This document shows, in pieces, positions 10,638 to 21,259 of a DNA stretch of 64,000 bases. Made by a program: the position numbers and the translations under genes. Below the pieces are notes generated by a model that worked only from the letters and a program-made list of their open reading frames with translations, was not told the origin of the DNA and ran no database searches. Position 1 is the first letter of the stretch; each line of letters opens with the position of its first letter. Source of the DNA: an uncultured Armatimonadetes bacterium (lineage in GTDB: Bacteria > Armatimonadota > UBA5829 > DTJY01); the NCBI GenBank assembly GCA_963717145.1, contig OY970325.1, positions 2,912,001 to 2,976,000 of the forward strand, read 5' to 3'.

Positions 10638-10976
10638 CTACTGGATCGCCTTGACCGCTGACTCGACGCTGTCGCACATCGACAGGTTTGTGAGCCTGTC
10701 TACGCCGATGAGCAGGAAGATATCCTGTACGGTGGGGTGTGTGATGACCAGGGCGAGTCGGCCGCCGGCATCCAGCACAGACCGGTATGCCCAGAGTATC
10801 GCCTGCACGCCGGCGCTGTCCATATATGTTGCCCCGGACAGATCGATAACGAAGCCATGAGATGATTCCCGCACTGCGGCCTGCAGCTCGGCATTGAACC
10901 CTTCCACGTTGCCGAAGTCGATCTCACCGCGCGCCCATACGATTCGCTCTTTTTCCTGAATGATCTGTGACCCCAT
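10638..10976 (-). CDS. STAS-domain anti-sigma factor antagonist
   Basis: GEIDF, IDLSGATYMDSAG phospho-Ser motif; start refined to ATG 10976 after GGAGG. Confidence 0.88.
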   Translation of the reverse strand: MGSQIIQEKERIVWARGEIDFGNVEGFNAELQAAVRESSHGFVIDLSGATYMDSAGVQAILWAYRSVLDAGGRLALVITHPTVQDIFLLIGVDRLTNLSMCDSVESAVKAIQ

Positions 10977-11110
10977 ATCTACCCCTCCATGGACGCGTGC
11001 GACCGGTAGCGCTGTGTCTGCCGAGCAGGACAGCCAGTTAGCGATACCCAAAGAAGCCACCACATGAAACCTGCATGAGTTCACTGCCGTTGATAGTGCA
11101 ACCCACAGGC

Positions 11111-11179
11111 TGTCATTCTGAACGAAGTGAAGAATCTGGCCTCCGGGCAAACAGATTCTTCACTTCGTTCAGAATGACA
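11111..11179. repeat. Perfect 28-bp inverted repeat (REP/MITE-like hairpin)
   Basis: tgtcattctgaacgaagtgaagaatctg (11111-11138) and its reverse complement (11152-11179). Confidence 0.9.
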
Positions 11180-11287
11180 ACCGTTACCAACAATCGTGAG
11201 CTCTTACGGAAACCTGCAAGAGCTTCCCGGCACTGCGGATTTGTGGTATCATGGCCCACCGAAGTCAACTTGTTTGCGGAGTCGGAT

Positions 11288-12352
11288 ATGGACCTGAATG
11301 ACCTGAGAAAAGAGATTGACCGGATCGATGGGGAGATACTCGACCTTCTGAACCTGAGGGCCGAGACGGCGCTGGAGATCGGCAAGCACAAGCAGAAGAC
11401 GAACAAGAGCTTCTTTGCGCCCGAGCGCGAGCGGCAAGTCTACCGTCGCCTGACCACGGCCAACCGGGGCCCGCTCCCCAACGTCTCGCTGCGGGCGATC
11501 TATCGAGAGATCATTTCAGCATCACGAGCGCTGGAGAGGCCGCTCACAGTCGTATACTGGGGGCCGCCCGCCACGAACACTCACATGGCGAGCATCCAGA
11601 AGTTCGGCTCGTCGAGCACCTTCGTCCCGGCGGACACGATTCCCGATGTGTTCAGTGAGGTCGAACGCGAGCGGGCTGACTACGGCGTCGTGCCGATCGA
11701 GAACTCGACCGAGGGCGTGATCAACCATACGCTCGATACGTTCCTGCAGTCGGACCTCAAGATCTGCTCCGAAATCTACCTGCCGATTACGCACAATCTG
11801 CTCTCTTGCGAGAGTCAGATGGAGGGCATCGTGCGCGTCTACTCGATTCCGGTTGCGACGGCTCAATGCAGGAACTGGTTGCGCACCAACATGCCTAACG
11901 TGGAGATGATGGATGTCTCGACGACGGCGAAGGCGGCTCAGATGTGCGCGAATGAGCCCGGGTCGGCGGCGATCGGGACGAGCCTGGCGTCCGAGGTGTA
12001 CAACGTGAAGCTGGTGGCGGAGCACATCGAGGACAACCCGCAGAACCGGACCCGCTTCCTGATCATCGGCCGAAACGAGCCCGCGCCGAGCGGAAGGGAC
12101 AAGACGTCGGTAATGTTCTCCGTGGCGCACAAGTCCGGCTCGCTCTTCCGGGCGATGAGCGCATTCGAGAAGTACGACGTGAACCTGACGATGATCGAGT
12201 CGCGCCCGACGAAGCTGACCCCGTGGGAGTACGTCTTCTTCATGGACTGCCAGGGCCACGTGACGGACGAGTCGGTGAAGAAGGCGCTGAAGGCGCTCGA
12301 GGAGCATACGCTTTTCGTCACGGTCCTCGGGTCGTATCCGGAAGCGGAGTAG
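11288..12352 (+). CDS. pheA: Chorismate mutase / prephenate dehydratase
   Basis: LRKEIDRID (CM domain), VPIENSTEG, NRTRF, ESRP (ACT domain). Confidence 0.96.
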   Translation: MDLNDLRKEIDRIDGEILDLLNLRAETALEIGKHKQKTNKSFFAPERERQVYRRLTTANRGPLPNVSLRAIYREIISASRALERPLTVVYWGPPATNTHMASIQKFGSSSTFVPADTIPDVFSEVERERADYGVVPIENSTEGVINHTLDTFLQSDLKICSEIYLPITHNLLSCESQMEGIVRVYSIPVATAQCRNWLRTNMPNVEMMDVSTTAKAAQMCANEPGSAAIGTSLASEVYNVKLVAEHIEDNPQNRTRFLIIGRNEPAPSGRDKTSVMFSVAHKSGSLFRAMSAFEKYDVNLTMIESRPTKLTPWEYVFFMDCQGHVTDESVKKALKALEEHTLFVTVLGSYPEAE

Positions 12353-12381
12353 CGACCACATCGGTCGCGCCCAACGCCCGG

Positions 12382-12450
12382 ATGGCCGGCACGGAAGCGC
12401 GGCCACTACTGGGTAATGTGAATGGCCGGCACGGAAGCGCGGCCACTACT
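12382..12450 (-). repeat. Two direct copies of a 29-bp GTAG-type REP between convergent genes
   Basis: atggccggcacggaagcgcggccactact at 12382-12410 and 12422-12450; reverse complement starts GTAG followed by a TGGCCG...CGGCCA stem. Confidence 0.85.
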
Positions 12451-13933
12451 CCTGGGACTGGGAGGCGCGCCCTGCTCCCTCGGACTCCGCGTGAGGGACC
12501 TTCGTTATCTTCACCTTGTGGATCCGGCGGCCGTCGGTCTTCTCGATGGTCAGTTCCGCGCCATCGTACTCGACTGACTCGCCCAGGTACGGCTGCTTGC
12601 CGAAGAGACCGAAGACGAACCCGCCGATCGTGTCGAACTCCTCCTCGGGCAGGTCGAGATCCATCTGCTCGTTGATCTCGTCGATCGGCATGCGGGCGTC
12701 CACAATGCTCGTGTTCGCATCGATCACCTCGACCATCGGCTCCTCCACGTCGTACTCATCCATGATGTCGCCGACAATCTCTTCGAGGAGATCCTCGATC
12801 GTGACCAGGCCCGCGGTTCCACCATATTCGTCAACGACGATCGCGAGCTGGATCTTGCTCTTCTTGAACTCCGCGAGCAGTTCGTCGATCATCTTATTCT
12901 CCGGGATGATGAACGGAGGCCGCATCAACTGCCGGATCGTTATGTTCTTATCGTGCTCGTGCAGCCCTCTGAGGATGTCCTTCGCGTGGACGATGCCGAC
13001 GATGTGATCGACGTCCTCCTCGTAGACCGGCACCCGTGAATGCCCGGCCTGCATGATGACATCGAGCAGCTCCTCGATCGGGGCCTCGACATCCACCGTC
13101 TTCATGTCGATGCGCGGGACCATGACTTTGCGCACGATGGTATCAGTGAACTCGAAGATGGAGTGAATCATCTCCCTCTCGTCTTCCTCGAGCACGCCAT
13201 CCTCCTCGCCGGCTTCGACGAGCATCTTCAGTTCCTCTTCCGTAACCACCGGGGGCGAGAAGCTGGCAGTGCCGCCGAACGGACGTACAATCACGTTGCA
13301 CGACCACGTGACGACGCGGACCAGTGGGTGAAGGATGATGGAAAGGAAGAATATCGGTCCCGCGGACCACAGGGCGATCTTCTCGGTGTTCTGAAGCGCC
13401 AGACTCTTCGGGCTGATCTCTCCTATTACGAGGCTGAGGTAGCCGATGACAAGCGTGACGAGGAAAACCGCCAGACCGGCGGCATTCCCCGCCATGAACG
13501 GTATTCCGCTGCGCTCGAACAGTGATGCGAGCGGCTGGGCCAGAGTCACGGCGCCGGCTGCTGATGCGAAGAATCCCACCAGCGTGACACCGATCTGAAC
13601 CGTAGCCAGGAATCTGGTCGGGTCCTCCGTGAGCCTCTGGACCGTTCTGGCGCGGTGGACTCCCTCCTCGATCAGTTGCTTGATCCTGGTCTTCCGCAGC
13701 GATACGAGCGAGATCTCCGCCATCGCGAAGAAAGCGTTAAGCAGTATGAGCGCCGATATAAGAACGATGCTCCACGTGATTCCTACGGGCGCGATCTCAC
13801 TCAGGCTCGCAGCAAAGGAACCACTTGTGGCAGCTCCTGTGGGAACCACCTGTGCTATCAGATGCGATAAACTACCTGGGTCAGGGTCTGTACCCAAAAC
13901 TCCAAACACCCCCCAAACTAAGACATTAGACAT
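12446..13933 (-). CDS. CNNM/CorC-HlyC family CBS-domain membrane protein
   Basis: NAFFAMAEISLVS, GEISPKSLA, HSRVPVY, VDEYGGTAGLVTIED; true start may be TTG at 13897. Confidence 0.93.
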   Translation of the reverse strand: MSNVLVWGVFGVLGTDPDPGSLSHLIAQVVPTGAATSGSFAASLSEIAPVGITWSIVLISALILLNAFFAMAEISLVSLRKTRIKQLIEEGVHRARTVQRLTEDPTRFLATVQIGVTLVGFFASAAGAVTLAQPLASLFERSGIPFMAGNAAGLAVFLVTLVIGYLSLVIGEISPKSLALQNTEKIALWSAGPIFFLSIILHPLVRVVTWSCNVIVRPFGGTASFSPPVVTEEELKMLVEAGEEDGVLEEDEREMIHSIFEFTDTIVRKVMVPRIDMKTVDVEAPIEELLDVIMQAGHSRVPVYEEDVDHIVGIVHAKDILRGLHEHDKNITIRQLMRPPFIIPENKMIDELLAEFKKSKIQLAIVVDEYGGTAGLVTIEDLLEEIVGDIMDEYDVEEPMVEVIDANTSIVDARMPIDEINEQMDLDLPEEEFDTIGGFVFGLFGKQPYLGESVEYDGAELTIEKTDGRRIHKVKITKVPHAESEGAGRASQSQE

Positions 13934-13960
13934 CAGACTGCATTCCGCGGATTGCTGCTA

Positions 13961-14728
13961 TCAAGGCACGAACCAGTACACAAGCGCCGTGAGAAGCATC
14001 GCCAGGAGTGCCCCGGTGACCACCTCCTGCATCGAGTGTATCTTCGCTTCCACGCGGCTCTGAGCGATCAGGAGCGCCATTATTACGGCCACGATCGCCA
14101 CGAGCGCATCCCGTGAGAAATAGAGAATGGTTGCTGCCAGGAAGAACCCGGCGGCCGAATGCCCGCTGCATATGCCACCCTTCAGCAGCTTACCCCTCGA
14201 TCCGAGAACCTTGATGATCGTCACCATCACCAGCAGCACTATTCCGCCGACGAAGACCTTCATCAAGTTGCCAGGCCCCTCGGACCTGACACCGCTCACC
14301 CGAGCGAACGTCTGGTCGCCGAGGAACAACACGCAGCCCACAAGGATGGCGGTCGCAGTGGCGATCAGCACGGCGCCGGCCGCTGCATCCTTGGCGAACT
14401 TCGCGAGCGGATGATAGGTCTGCGTCACCAGGTCCACCACCGCCTCGATGGCGGTGTTGAACATCTCCGCCATCAGAACCATGGAGATAGTGAACAGCAG
14501 AACGAGTATGTCCTTCTTGTCGAGCCCGAACACCAGTGCCACAAGCAGCACGAGGACCACTGTGACGAAGTGGAACCGCATGTGCTTCTGGGTCCGGAAG
14601 ACGTCGAGAATGCCGTCTACCGCATACCTGAAACTCTCCAGCACACTTTTCGGCTTGACGGGCGGTTTTGCCTGTTCGTAATCGTGTATTTCGTCGCTTA
14701 TCGCGGGTTGTCGTGTTTTTTCGTTCAT
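13961..14728 (-). CDS. dgkA: Diacylglycerol/undecaprenol kinase fused to a PAP2-like domain
   Basis: SFRYAVDG, EMFNTAIEAVVD, AKDAAAGAV; C-terminal SGHS and QSRVEAKIH. Confidence 0.9.
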   Translation of the reverse strand: MNEKTRQPAISDEIHDYEQAKPPVKPKSVLESFRYAVDGILDVFRTQKHMRFHFVTVVLVLLVALVFGLDKKDILVLLFTISMVLMAEMFNTAIEAVVDLVTQTYHPLAKFAKDAAAGAVLIATATAILVGCVLFLGDQTFARVSGVRSEGPGNLMKVFVGGIVLLVMVTIIKVLGSRGKLLKGGICSGHSAAGFFLAATILYFSRDALVAIVAVIMALLIAQSRVEAKIHSMQEVVTGALLAMLLTALVYWFVP

Positions 14729-14749
14729 CGTGTATTCCAGATCAGATCG

Positions 14750-14850
14750 TAGACATCAGACGTTCAGACTTTAGACTCTAGACTTTGGACGTTAGACTTT
14801 GGACTCGCATTGCTGTTCATCCGTACTCCGAAGTCTAAGGTCCAACGTCT
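14750..14850. repeat. Heptamer tandem array (tagact/tggact-type) with an inverted partner
   Basis: agactttagactctagactttggacgttagactttggact ... aagtctaaggtccaacgtct, between dgkA and ybeY. Confidence 0.7.
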
Positions 14851-15287
14851 TAACGTCCCAAGACTGCCATCTCATGCCGGCGCATCTCCTCTGCGCCGTC
14901 GTCCGTATCGTCATCATAGCCGAGCAGGTGGAGTATCCCGTGCACCACGAGCAGAGACAACTCGTCATCCAGTGACCGATCCCTCTCCGCCGCCTGCCTT
15001 GCCGCCGTCTCGACGGAAATCACAACGTCTCCCAGGATGACCGGCTCCTCCGGCGACGTCAACTGAGGCTGGTCTTCCTCCAACTGCTGAAAGGACAGGA
15101 CGTCGGTCGGCCGATCCTTCCCTCGATACTCCCTGTTCAGTTGATGAATATGCTCATCCGTCGTAAGCAGTATACTCACTTCTGCCGGCTGAGGGAACTC
15201 CTCAACCCGCAACAGCTCTTTCGCGACCTTGATCAGCTTTTCCTGATTCACCGGCAGCGACTGAGGATTCCTTATCAGTATTTCCAT
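14850..15287 (-). CDS. ybeY: Endoribonuclease YbeY
   Basis: LNREYRGKDRPTDVLSF, HGILHLLGYD. Confidence 0.96.
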   Translation of the reverse strand: MEILIRNPQSLPVNQEKLIKVAKELLRVEEFPQPAEVSILLTTDEHIHQLNREYRGKDRPTDVLSFQQLEEDQPQLTSPEEPVILGDVVISVETAARQAAERDRSLDDELSLLVVHGILHLLGYDDDTDDGAEEMRRHEMAVLGR

Positions 15288-17439
15288 ACGCGCCGGGCCT
15301 CCTTGCCTCCGAACCCGGCGGCTCGGGGTATTCGATACGCGCGTGCAGCATGCTGGTCAACGTGCGCACAAACGACTCGGTGATTCGGCTGACATCCTTG
15401 AAAGTCAACTCGGACTCGTCCAACTGGCCGTCCGACAGCTTCTCTTCTATGATCTTGAGCACCATGTCCTTGATGCTGCCGATGTTCGGCTTCACCAGAG
15501 TCCTGGACGCAGCCTCGACCGCGTCGGCGAGCATGAGCAAGGCGCCTTCCTTAGTATGAGGCTTGGCGCCTTCGTACCTGAACTGCTGCTGGAGGACCGT
15601 GGACCCGCTTCCGGTTTCCTCTTCGGCCTTCTGGTAGAAGTATCTGACCAGACTGGTGCCGTGATGTTGGCCCATGAGTTCGCAGACCGCCGGCGGGAGC
15701 TTGTACTCGACCGCAAGCTCGAGCCCGTCCTTGATGTGCGACCTGATCACCAACGCACTCAACGAGGGATTCAGCCTGTCATGCACGTTCTCGACGAACT
15801 GGTTCTCGACAAAAAAGTGCGGGCGCTTCATCTTGCCCACGTCATGATAGAGCGAGGCAACACGGACCAGCAATGGGTCCGCGCCGATCACTTCGGCGGC
15901 CCTCGACGCTATATTACCTACGAATACACTGTGGCTATACGTTCCCGGCGCTTCCATGAGTAGGCGCTTCAGAATCGGGTTGTTTGTGTCCAGAAGCTCC
16001 AACAGGCGGATGTGCGTCGTGATTCCGAATGGCTTTTCAAGAGCAGTCGTGCCCGCCGCCAGGATACCGATGGAGATCATGCCGCCAACGACCGCCCACG
16101 TGGAGCCGAGCACGAGGTCCGGCATCGAATCTCCGCTGATGCGCCCGATGAGCCAGACCATCGCAAGGTTGGTAACGCACACGAACCCGGCCGCCCTCAT
16201 CAGGTCCCAGCGATGCCGAATGTCCGATACCGCGTATATCGCGACCACGCTGCTGAAGATCGCAGCCGCCACGAACCGAAGCTCGTGGTTCATCGCCATG
16301 CCCGAAATCGAAGCCAGGAAGGCCACGACCAGGACAGCGACCGACGGGTTGATCAGGATCGCGGTAAGCATGGCGGCGGTCGCGACCCAGATCATCATGA
16401 AGCAGCCGTACTGCACCTCGCTCAGGCTCAGTCCCAGCGCCCCGACGAGCTTGAGGCCCAGGGCGCTGAATACCACTATGATCGAGAGCAGCAGCATCAT
16501 CTTCGTCGACCGGTAGATGCCCTGATAGTACCGCGACATGAAGGCCAGCGTGAAGATTACGATGCTGATGACGAGAAGACTGATGCTGAGCAGACTCAGG
16601 TAGTCCACATGTGGCTGCCTGAGTCCGAGGGCCATGAATTTGTCGATGTGCTCGGGCGTGACTCGCTCGCCACGATCGATTATCACCTCGCCGAGGAATA
16701 CCTGACGGTACCTGGGCTGAACGGCCTGGCGCTCCCGGTCCCGGGCTACTTTGGTGCGCTCAGGATCGTACAGGCGATTCGGTCGAATAACACCATTCGC
16801 GACGCTCGAAGCGGTTGACACCAGGATACGGCTGGTGAAGAAGTTCCCCGCGCGCCGCTTGAACTCGTCCCTGGACAACTGCACATCATCGGTGTCGTCC
16901 CGGATCTCGCGGTCGGTGATCTCGCCGACCACTCGTTCTGTGTACGACTCGATCTGAGCCAACGTTGCGGAATCGGCGGTGATAAGTGTTCGCAGTGACT
17001 CGTCCGGGAGGTCGGATCTGAGGTTGCGGCGGACCCAGTCAACCTTCGAGCCGACGGATCCGAGCGTAGCGTCAATCCGAGCGCGTCGAAGAATGTCGAA
17101 TATGTTCGATGCGGACTCGACGGCGATGGTGGACGCTCTCGGCACGACGTTGTAGACCTTGTCGGCAGTGGCCGCTGCTTCATCTTGAAGGCGTTGCGTT
17201 TCCACCGAATCGATATAGCGGACGGTGCGGTATGCGCGTATCTGCTCGGGACTGACATCGCCGACCTGGAGCGAGACTCTGTCAGGGAGTAGGTGCATGG
17301 AGAAGAGAACCGACAGCAATACGGCTGTGGCTATGCCCAGCGCTATGCGGACGCCTTTTGCCTCACGTCGCGCCGGCTTCTTCTTTTCGGGGTCTTTTCT
17401 TCGGAGGCCCGCCAAGGCGGACAGTTTGAAGATTGTCAT
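15202..17439 (-). CDS. 7TM-HD phosphohydrolase (PgpH-like)
   Basis: Extracellular domain, multiple TMs, EAPGTYSHS, YHDVGK..RP.FF.ENQ, QHHGT, LADAVEAA. Confidence 0.9.
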   Translation of the reverse strand: MTIFKLSALAGLRRKDPEKKKPARREAKGVRIALGIATAVLLSVLFSMHLLPDRVSLQVGDVSPEQIRAYRTVRYIDSVETQRLQDEAAATADKVYNVVPRASTIAVESASNIFDILRRARIDATLGSVGSKVDWVRRNLRSDLPDESLRTLITADSATLAQIESYTERVVGEITDREIRDDTDDVQLSRDEFKRRAGNFFTSRILVSTASSVANGVIRPNRLYDPERTKVARDRERQAVQPRYRQVFLGEVIIDRGERVTPEHIDKFMALGLRQPHVDYLSLLSISLLVISIVIFTLAFMSRYYQGIYRSTKMMLLLSIIVVFSALGLKLVGALGLSLSEVQYGCFMMIWVATAAMLTAILINPSVAVLVVAFLASISGMAMNHELRFVAAAIFSSVVAIYAVSDIRHRWDLMRAAGFVCVTNLAMVWLIGRISGDSMPDLVLGSTWAVVGGMISIGILAAGTTALEKPFGITTHIRLLELLDTNNPILKRLLMEAPGTYSHSVFVGNIASRAAEVIGADPLLVRVASLYHDVGKMKRPHFFVENQFVENVHDRLNPSLSALVIRSHIKDGLELAVEYKLPPAVCELMGQHHGTSLVRYFYQKAEEETGSGSTVLQQQFRYEGAKPHTKEGALLMLADAVEAASRTLVKPNIGSIKDMVLKIIEEKLSDGQLDESELTFKDVSRITESFVRTLTSMLHARIEYPEPPGSEARRPGAYGNTDKESSVAAGESGKADQGRERAVAG

Positions 17440-17440
17440 G

Positions 17441-17896
17441 TCATACGGAGCTGCCCTCGAGCATCCGGTCAACTATCCCGCTGATCAGTCTGCCGTCTGC
17501 TCGACCACGGACTCTCGGCATAAGAGCGGACATAACCTTGCCCTTATCCGCCTTGGAAGTGGCCTGCAACTCCGAGATCACCTCTTGGACAATGCCGGTG
17601 ACCTCAGCTTCACTCATCTGTTGAGGAAGGTAATCCGCGAGGATTCTGAGTTCGGCCGACTCCTTTTCCACAAGGTCGGCCCTGCCGGCTTTTTCGAATT
17701 GCTCGATGGACTCGCGACGTTTCTTGCCCTCTCGGGTAAGGACTTCCAATGATTCCTCGTCCGTGATGGCATGACCCTTGGCGATCTCCGTGTTCCGAAA
17801 CTCCGAAATTGCGAGCCGGATCACGGAGACCTTGAGGGTATCACCCGTCTTCATTGCGGATTTCAAGTCTTCCGACAATCGTTCGCGCAGTGACAT
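17441..17896 (-). CDS. yqeY: GatB/YqeY domain protein
   Basis: KKRRESIEQF..AGR.DL, YLPQQMS, GKVM, GRADG. Confidence 0.93.
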   Translation of the reverse strand: MSLRERLSEDLKSAMKTGDTLKVSVIRLAISEFRNTEIAKGHAITDEESLEVLTREGKKRRESIEQFEKAGRADLVEKESAELRILADYLPQQMSEAEVTGIVQEVISELQATSKADKGKVMSALMPRVRGRADGRLISGIVDRMLEGSSV

Positions 17897-17932
17897 GGTG
17901 TTCGTCGCCCTGGTCCTGAACTTGATTCAGGA

Positions 17933-18124
17933 CTAGTTCCTGGGACTGTTCCTGCTCATTTTTCGCTTGCGAGCATTCTCGGCCTTGCGCTTCTTATCGC
18001 TCGGCTTCTCGTAGTGCTCGTGAGCACGCGCTTCCTTTAGAATGCCAGCCTGCTGAAGCTCCTTCTTAAAGCGCTTCAACGCGCTGTCAATCGATTCGTT
18101 TTGTCGAAGCTGGACCTGCGCCAA
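17933..18124 (-). CDS. rpsU: 30S ribosomal protein S21
   Basis: [18 protein letters not shown]. Confidence 0.97.
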   Translation of the reverse strand: MAQVQLRQNESIDSALKRFKKELQQAGILKEARAHEHYEKPSDKKRKAENARKRKMSRNSPRN

Positions 18125-18237
18125 CTATTTCCCCCCTCTACGGTTGCATCTATATGAAGGCGAATGACGAACAATAGGCTACAACAAAAGCTTGTAGCGC
18201 CGCGGCCCCGCCCGACATTTGCTTTCAGTCTGGCAAC

Positions 18238-18266
18238 ATTATACCCGCGAATCGGAGATATGTCAA
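18238..18266 (-). promoter_or_regulatory. Consensus sigma70 promoter of the rpsU operon
   Basis: Minus strand TTGACA(18266-18261)-N17-TATAAT(18243-18238). Confidence 0.85.
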
Positions 18267-18296
18267 GGTCACCCGCATGCCGGGCCGACAAGCCTC

Positions 18297-19511
18297 CTAC
18301 ACACCGTCCGGCTGCTGGGCCTGAATCTGCTTCCAGAGCGAGGCCGCGAACGGCATCATCTGCCCGCGAGGAAACCTCTTCTGGAGTTCCGCCAGACATG
18401 CGCGCGCCGAATCCTTGTGCTTGTAGGCGGTCCAATAACAGTATGCCATCCGATAAAGCGCATTCTCGGCTTCCATGTCGGTCGGCCTCGTCTCCGCGAT
18501 CGACTTGTATACGTTGATCGCCTTGTCGTGGTTTCCCAACCGCTCGAACTGCCCGGCCAGTCGCAGCAGATGGACCGGCTGATAGATGCTGCTGTCGCCA
18601 TGAAGGTCCATCAGGTAGCTGTACACCACGTACGGGTCCTTCAGAATGAGCGACGGACCCATCCGCGCAATGGCATCGACGGCCACGTGCTGCTGGCCCT
18701 GTCGGATGGCCGGTCCGATGATTGCCCGCAGTACATCTACATTATCGGGTTCTGCCTCCAACATCCTCTCAAGTGCATAGAAAGGCATATTGTCGAGGTC
18801 CTTGGTATCGGCCTGGACGGCCTTCGCTTCGGAGAGTGACTCCGTATCGCGCTTGACGTGCAACAGCCAGGCGATGAGAAGACCGCCCACGCCGGCCCCG
18901 ACATGCGCAAAGCTTGCCACTCCACCGCTCGCGTGGGATGCGCCGCTCATCAATCCGTCCCACAGGTCGAGGGCCAGATACGCGCCGATCACCCAGAGCG
19001 CCGCCACCTCCCAGACGCCCGTCCATATTCTGATCAACCAGATGAAGTAGAACACGCAGACCGTGCTCCACGGGAACGCATAGAGATACGCCCCGGCGAC
19101 CCCGAAGATGCAGGCCGATGCTCCGATCACGGGCTGGTTCGCCCCGAGGAATGCCACATCCAGCAGCGCCTGAGTCATATCACCCATGACGCCGGTCGCG
19201 AAGTAGACGAGCAGGAACTTCGGGATCCCGAGCCGATCCTCGACCGCCGGCCCGAAGATCCACAGAAACCACATGTTGCCGAGCAGGTGGAATATGTCAG
19301 CGTGCAGGAAAGCCGAAGTCAATACCGTATAGATCGGCGTCTTCCAGAGTTGGAAGGCATAGCCCTTCACGATCTCCTCACGGATCCACAGGAAGTACTC
19401 CGTCGTGAGTGCATAGATGATGACATTGAGGGCGATGAGACTGAGGGTCACGACCGGGAAACGTTTCGGCGGGTTCTTCACGCGGTATGGGAAAAACATC
19501 TGTTCCTCCAT
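18297..19511 (-). CDS. Rhomboid intramembrane protease with C-terminal TPR-like domain
   Basis: FLHADIFHLLGNM, GASA (catalytic Ser), AHVG; helical TPR-like tail. Confidence 0.9.
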   Translation of the reverse strand: MEEQMFFPYRVKNPPKRFPVVTLSLIALNVIIYALTTEYFLWIREEIVKGYAFQLWKTPIYTVLTSAFLHADIFHLLGNMWFLWIFGPAVEDRLGIPKFLLVYFATGVMGDMTQALLDVAFLGANQPVIGASACIFGVAGAYLYAFPWSTVCVFYFIWLIRIWTGVWEVAALWVIGAYLALDLWDGLMSGASHASGGVASFAHVGAGVGGLLIAWLLHVKRDTESLSEAKAVQADTKDLDNMPFYALERMLEAEPDNVDVLRAIIGPAIRQGQQHVAVDAIARMGPSLILKDPYVVYSYLMDLHGDSSIYQPVHLLRLAGQFERLGNHDKAINVYKSIAETRPTDMEAENALYRMAYCYWTAYKHKDSARACLAELQKRFPRGQMMPFAASLWKQIQAQQPDGV

Positions 19512-19605
19512 CCGACGATGTCAGGGATTCTGCCGGGCGCACGGTCTGCCGGCGTTACCTGAGTTGCTTTCGACGTGCCATACCTGGATATCCTGCAAGG
19601 GCGAC

Positions 19606-20496
19606 TCAATCGAGAGCGACGGTCCACCGCGCCTTGTAGATATGCTCCCCGGCGAGTTGAATCGTGCCGGCCGGGTTGAGCAGATGGATCTTGTCCGACC
19701 ACCAGTTGGGACCCTCGGCCCGGACGTATGCCAACTGCCCGGTCTCCGTGTTGAGACTCAGGCTCTTGATGTTGTATATCCTCGGAAGGAGATCGTGCGG
19801 CTTGATCTCATGAGACACCGTATCGAAGAGGTAGCAGTGTCCCCACCCGCTGACCGAGAGCATCGATGTGCCGGCGATGGGATAGAGATCATGCCCGCCA
19901 CCCTCGGGGAGGGGATACGTGCCGGAGAGTTCGAGGACAGGCGATTTCGAGTACCACGCCCTGAGCCGGTAGGACCTGATCTCCTTGTCGCCGAGTGCCC
20001 AGAGCGTGTGGCGGACCCGGTCATAAACGACTCCATGTGCGAATGGAAGATCGGCGGTGCAGGCGATCTTGTCGGGGAATTTGTCATCGAGCACCACGAG
20101 CTTGTTGCCGGGGGTCGAGGCGGCGACGACAATCCGACGGTTCGGCAGGATATCCGCCGAGTGCGCATATCGAACGACCGCCGACAACCTCACCTTGCCT
20201 GACGGGCGGTCGACGAGCGCCACTCCGCCACCCGAGCAGGCGATGAGGATCTGATGGCCACCGCGGACTGGCTTGCACTCGGCAGTGTTGTAGAAGCGCT
20301 TCCGGGCATCCTCGGGGATCTCTGGGTGATCGGCAGCTTTCCAGGTCCAGAGCTTCTTCGGCGGCGAATCGGGCGAGGCGGCGCCGACGATGTAGACCTC
20401 GTTCCCGCCGCAGACGATCAGCTCCGAGGCTCTGGCATGTGCGATGCCTGCTGTGAACATGAGGCAGAAGAGTATGGTGGTAGTTCTACAGGTCAT
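19606..20496 (-). CDS. Secreted beta-propeller-like protein (DUF6528-like)
   Basis: Signal peptide, AHSADILP, AHGVVYD, GHDL, YKARW. Confidence 0.7.
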   Translation of the reverse strand: MTCRTTTILFCLMFTAGIAHARASELIVCGGNEVYIVGAASPDSPPKKLWTWKAADHPEIPEDARKRFYNTAECKPVRGGHQILIACSGGGVALVDRPSGKVRLSAVVRYAHSADILPNRRIVVAASTPGNKLVVLDDKFPDKIACTADLPFAHGVVYDRVRHTLWALGDKEIRSYRLRAWYSKSPVLELSGTYPLPEGGGHDLYPIAGTSMLSVSGWGHCYLFDTVSHEIKPHDLLPRIYNIKSLSLNTETGQLAYVRAEGPNWWSDKIHLLNPAGTIQLAGEHIYKARWTVALD

Positions 20497-20506
20497 GGCT
20501 TTTTGC

Positions 20507-21235
20507 TCAACAACGACTGAGCAGGTATATCACGAAAAGCGGCACGCGAAGGTTGTCATCGAGTGCCGGGAACTGCGCCAATCCCTCGGGCGAAGGAACC
20601 GGCTCGCGTATGCCGTCCAGCCGGAAGCCTGCCTCCAGGAAGGAGTTGATATACGCTGAGAGAGTATGGTGGTAGTTGACCAGAGTGCCCCACATAGGGC
20701 GCGCGCCGCCCTCATCGAGATAATTGTCGAGGTAGAAATGGAGCTTGTTCCCCTGGCCGTCCTTGACCCAGCAGTTGCCGGCGGTGGCCATCGGCGCGAG
20801 ATTGGCGATGACAAACCGCCCGCCGGGACGGAGCACTCGATGCGCCTCCCGGACGACCGGCCGGAAGTCGGGCACATCGATCAGCGTGAGGTAGGAGATC
20901 GCCAGGTCGAACGAAGCATCTTGGAACCGGCTGAGGTCGCTCATGTCGCCGAGGAGGTAGGTCTCGCCGCCGACCCGGTGGGCCTCCGCGTACTCGATGA
21001 ACCGAGGGATGAAGTCGATCCCGGTCACATCCGCACCTCGCTCGGTAAGCATCCGGCAGAACCGTCCCTCGCCGCATCCGAGGTCGATCACCCGCAGGCC
21101 GGAGACATCCCCGATGGCATCGAGCATCCACGGATCGAGCAGGCCATCGCGGTGCGGGTCCTTTCGCTCGTTGACCAAGCGGATCCAATCGTCCGCAAAG
21201 GCGTTCCAGCCCGCTTGGCACATGTCTTCCGTCAT
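20507..21235 (-). CDS. Class I SAM-dependent methyltransferase
   Basis: VIDLGCGEG, FDLAIS, RVLRPGG; start refined to ATG 21235 after GGAGG. Confidence 0.9.
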   Translation of the reverse strand: MTEDMCQAGWNAFADDWIRLVNERKDPHRDGLLDPWMLDAIGDVSGLRVIDLGCGEGRFCRMLTERGADVTGIDFIPRFIEYAEAHRVGGETYLLGDMSDLSRFQDASFDLAISYLTLIDVPDFRPVVREAHRVLRPGGRFVIANLAPMATAGNCWVKDGQGNKLHFYLDNYLDEGGARPMWGTLVNYHHTLSAYINSFLEAGFRLDGIREPVPSPEGLAQFPALDDNLRVPLFVIYLLSRC

Positions 21236-21259
21236 CTCAGCCTCCATGTCTGTGTGATG

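Noticed and set aside
11075-11287. N-terminal extension of pheA, and similar extensions of the GH20, GHL10, comM and UroD-like ORFs
   Set aside because: They translate palindromic repeats or overlapping genes; better starts lie downstream.
12382-12450. 29-bp direct repeats as a mini CRISPR array
   Set aside because: Only two copies with an 11-nt gap, GTAG-REP structure, and no cas genes.
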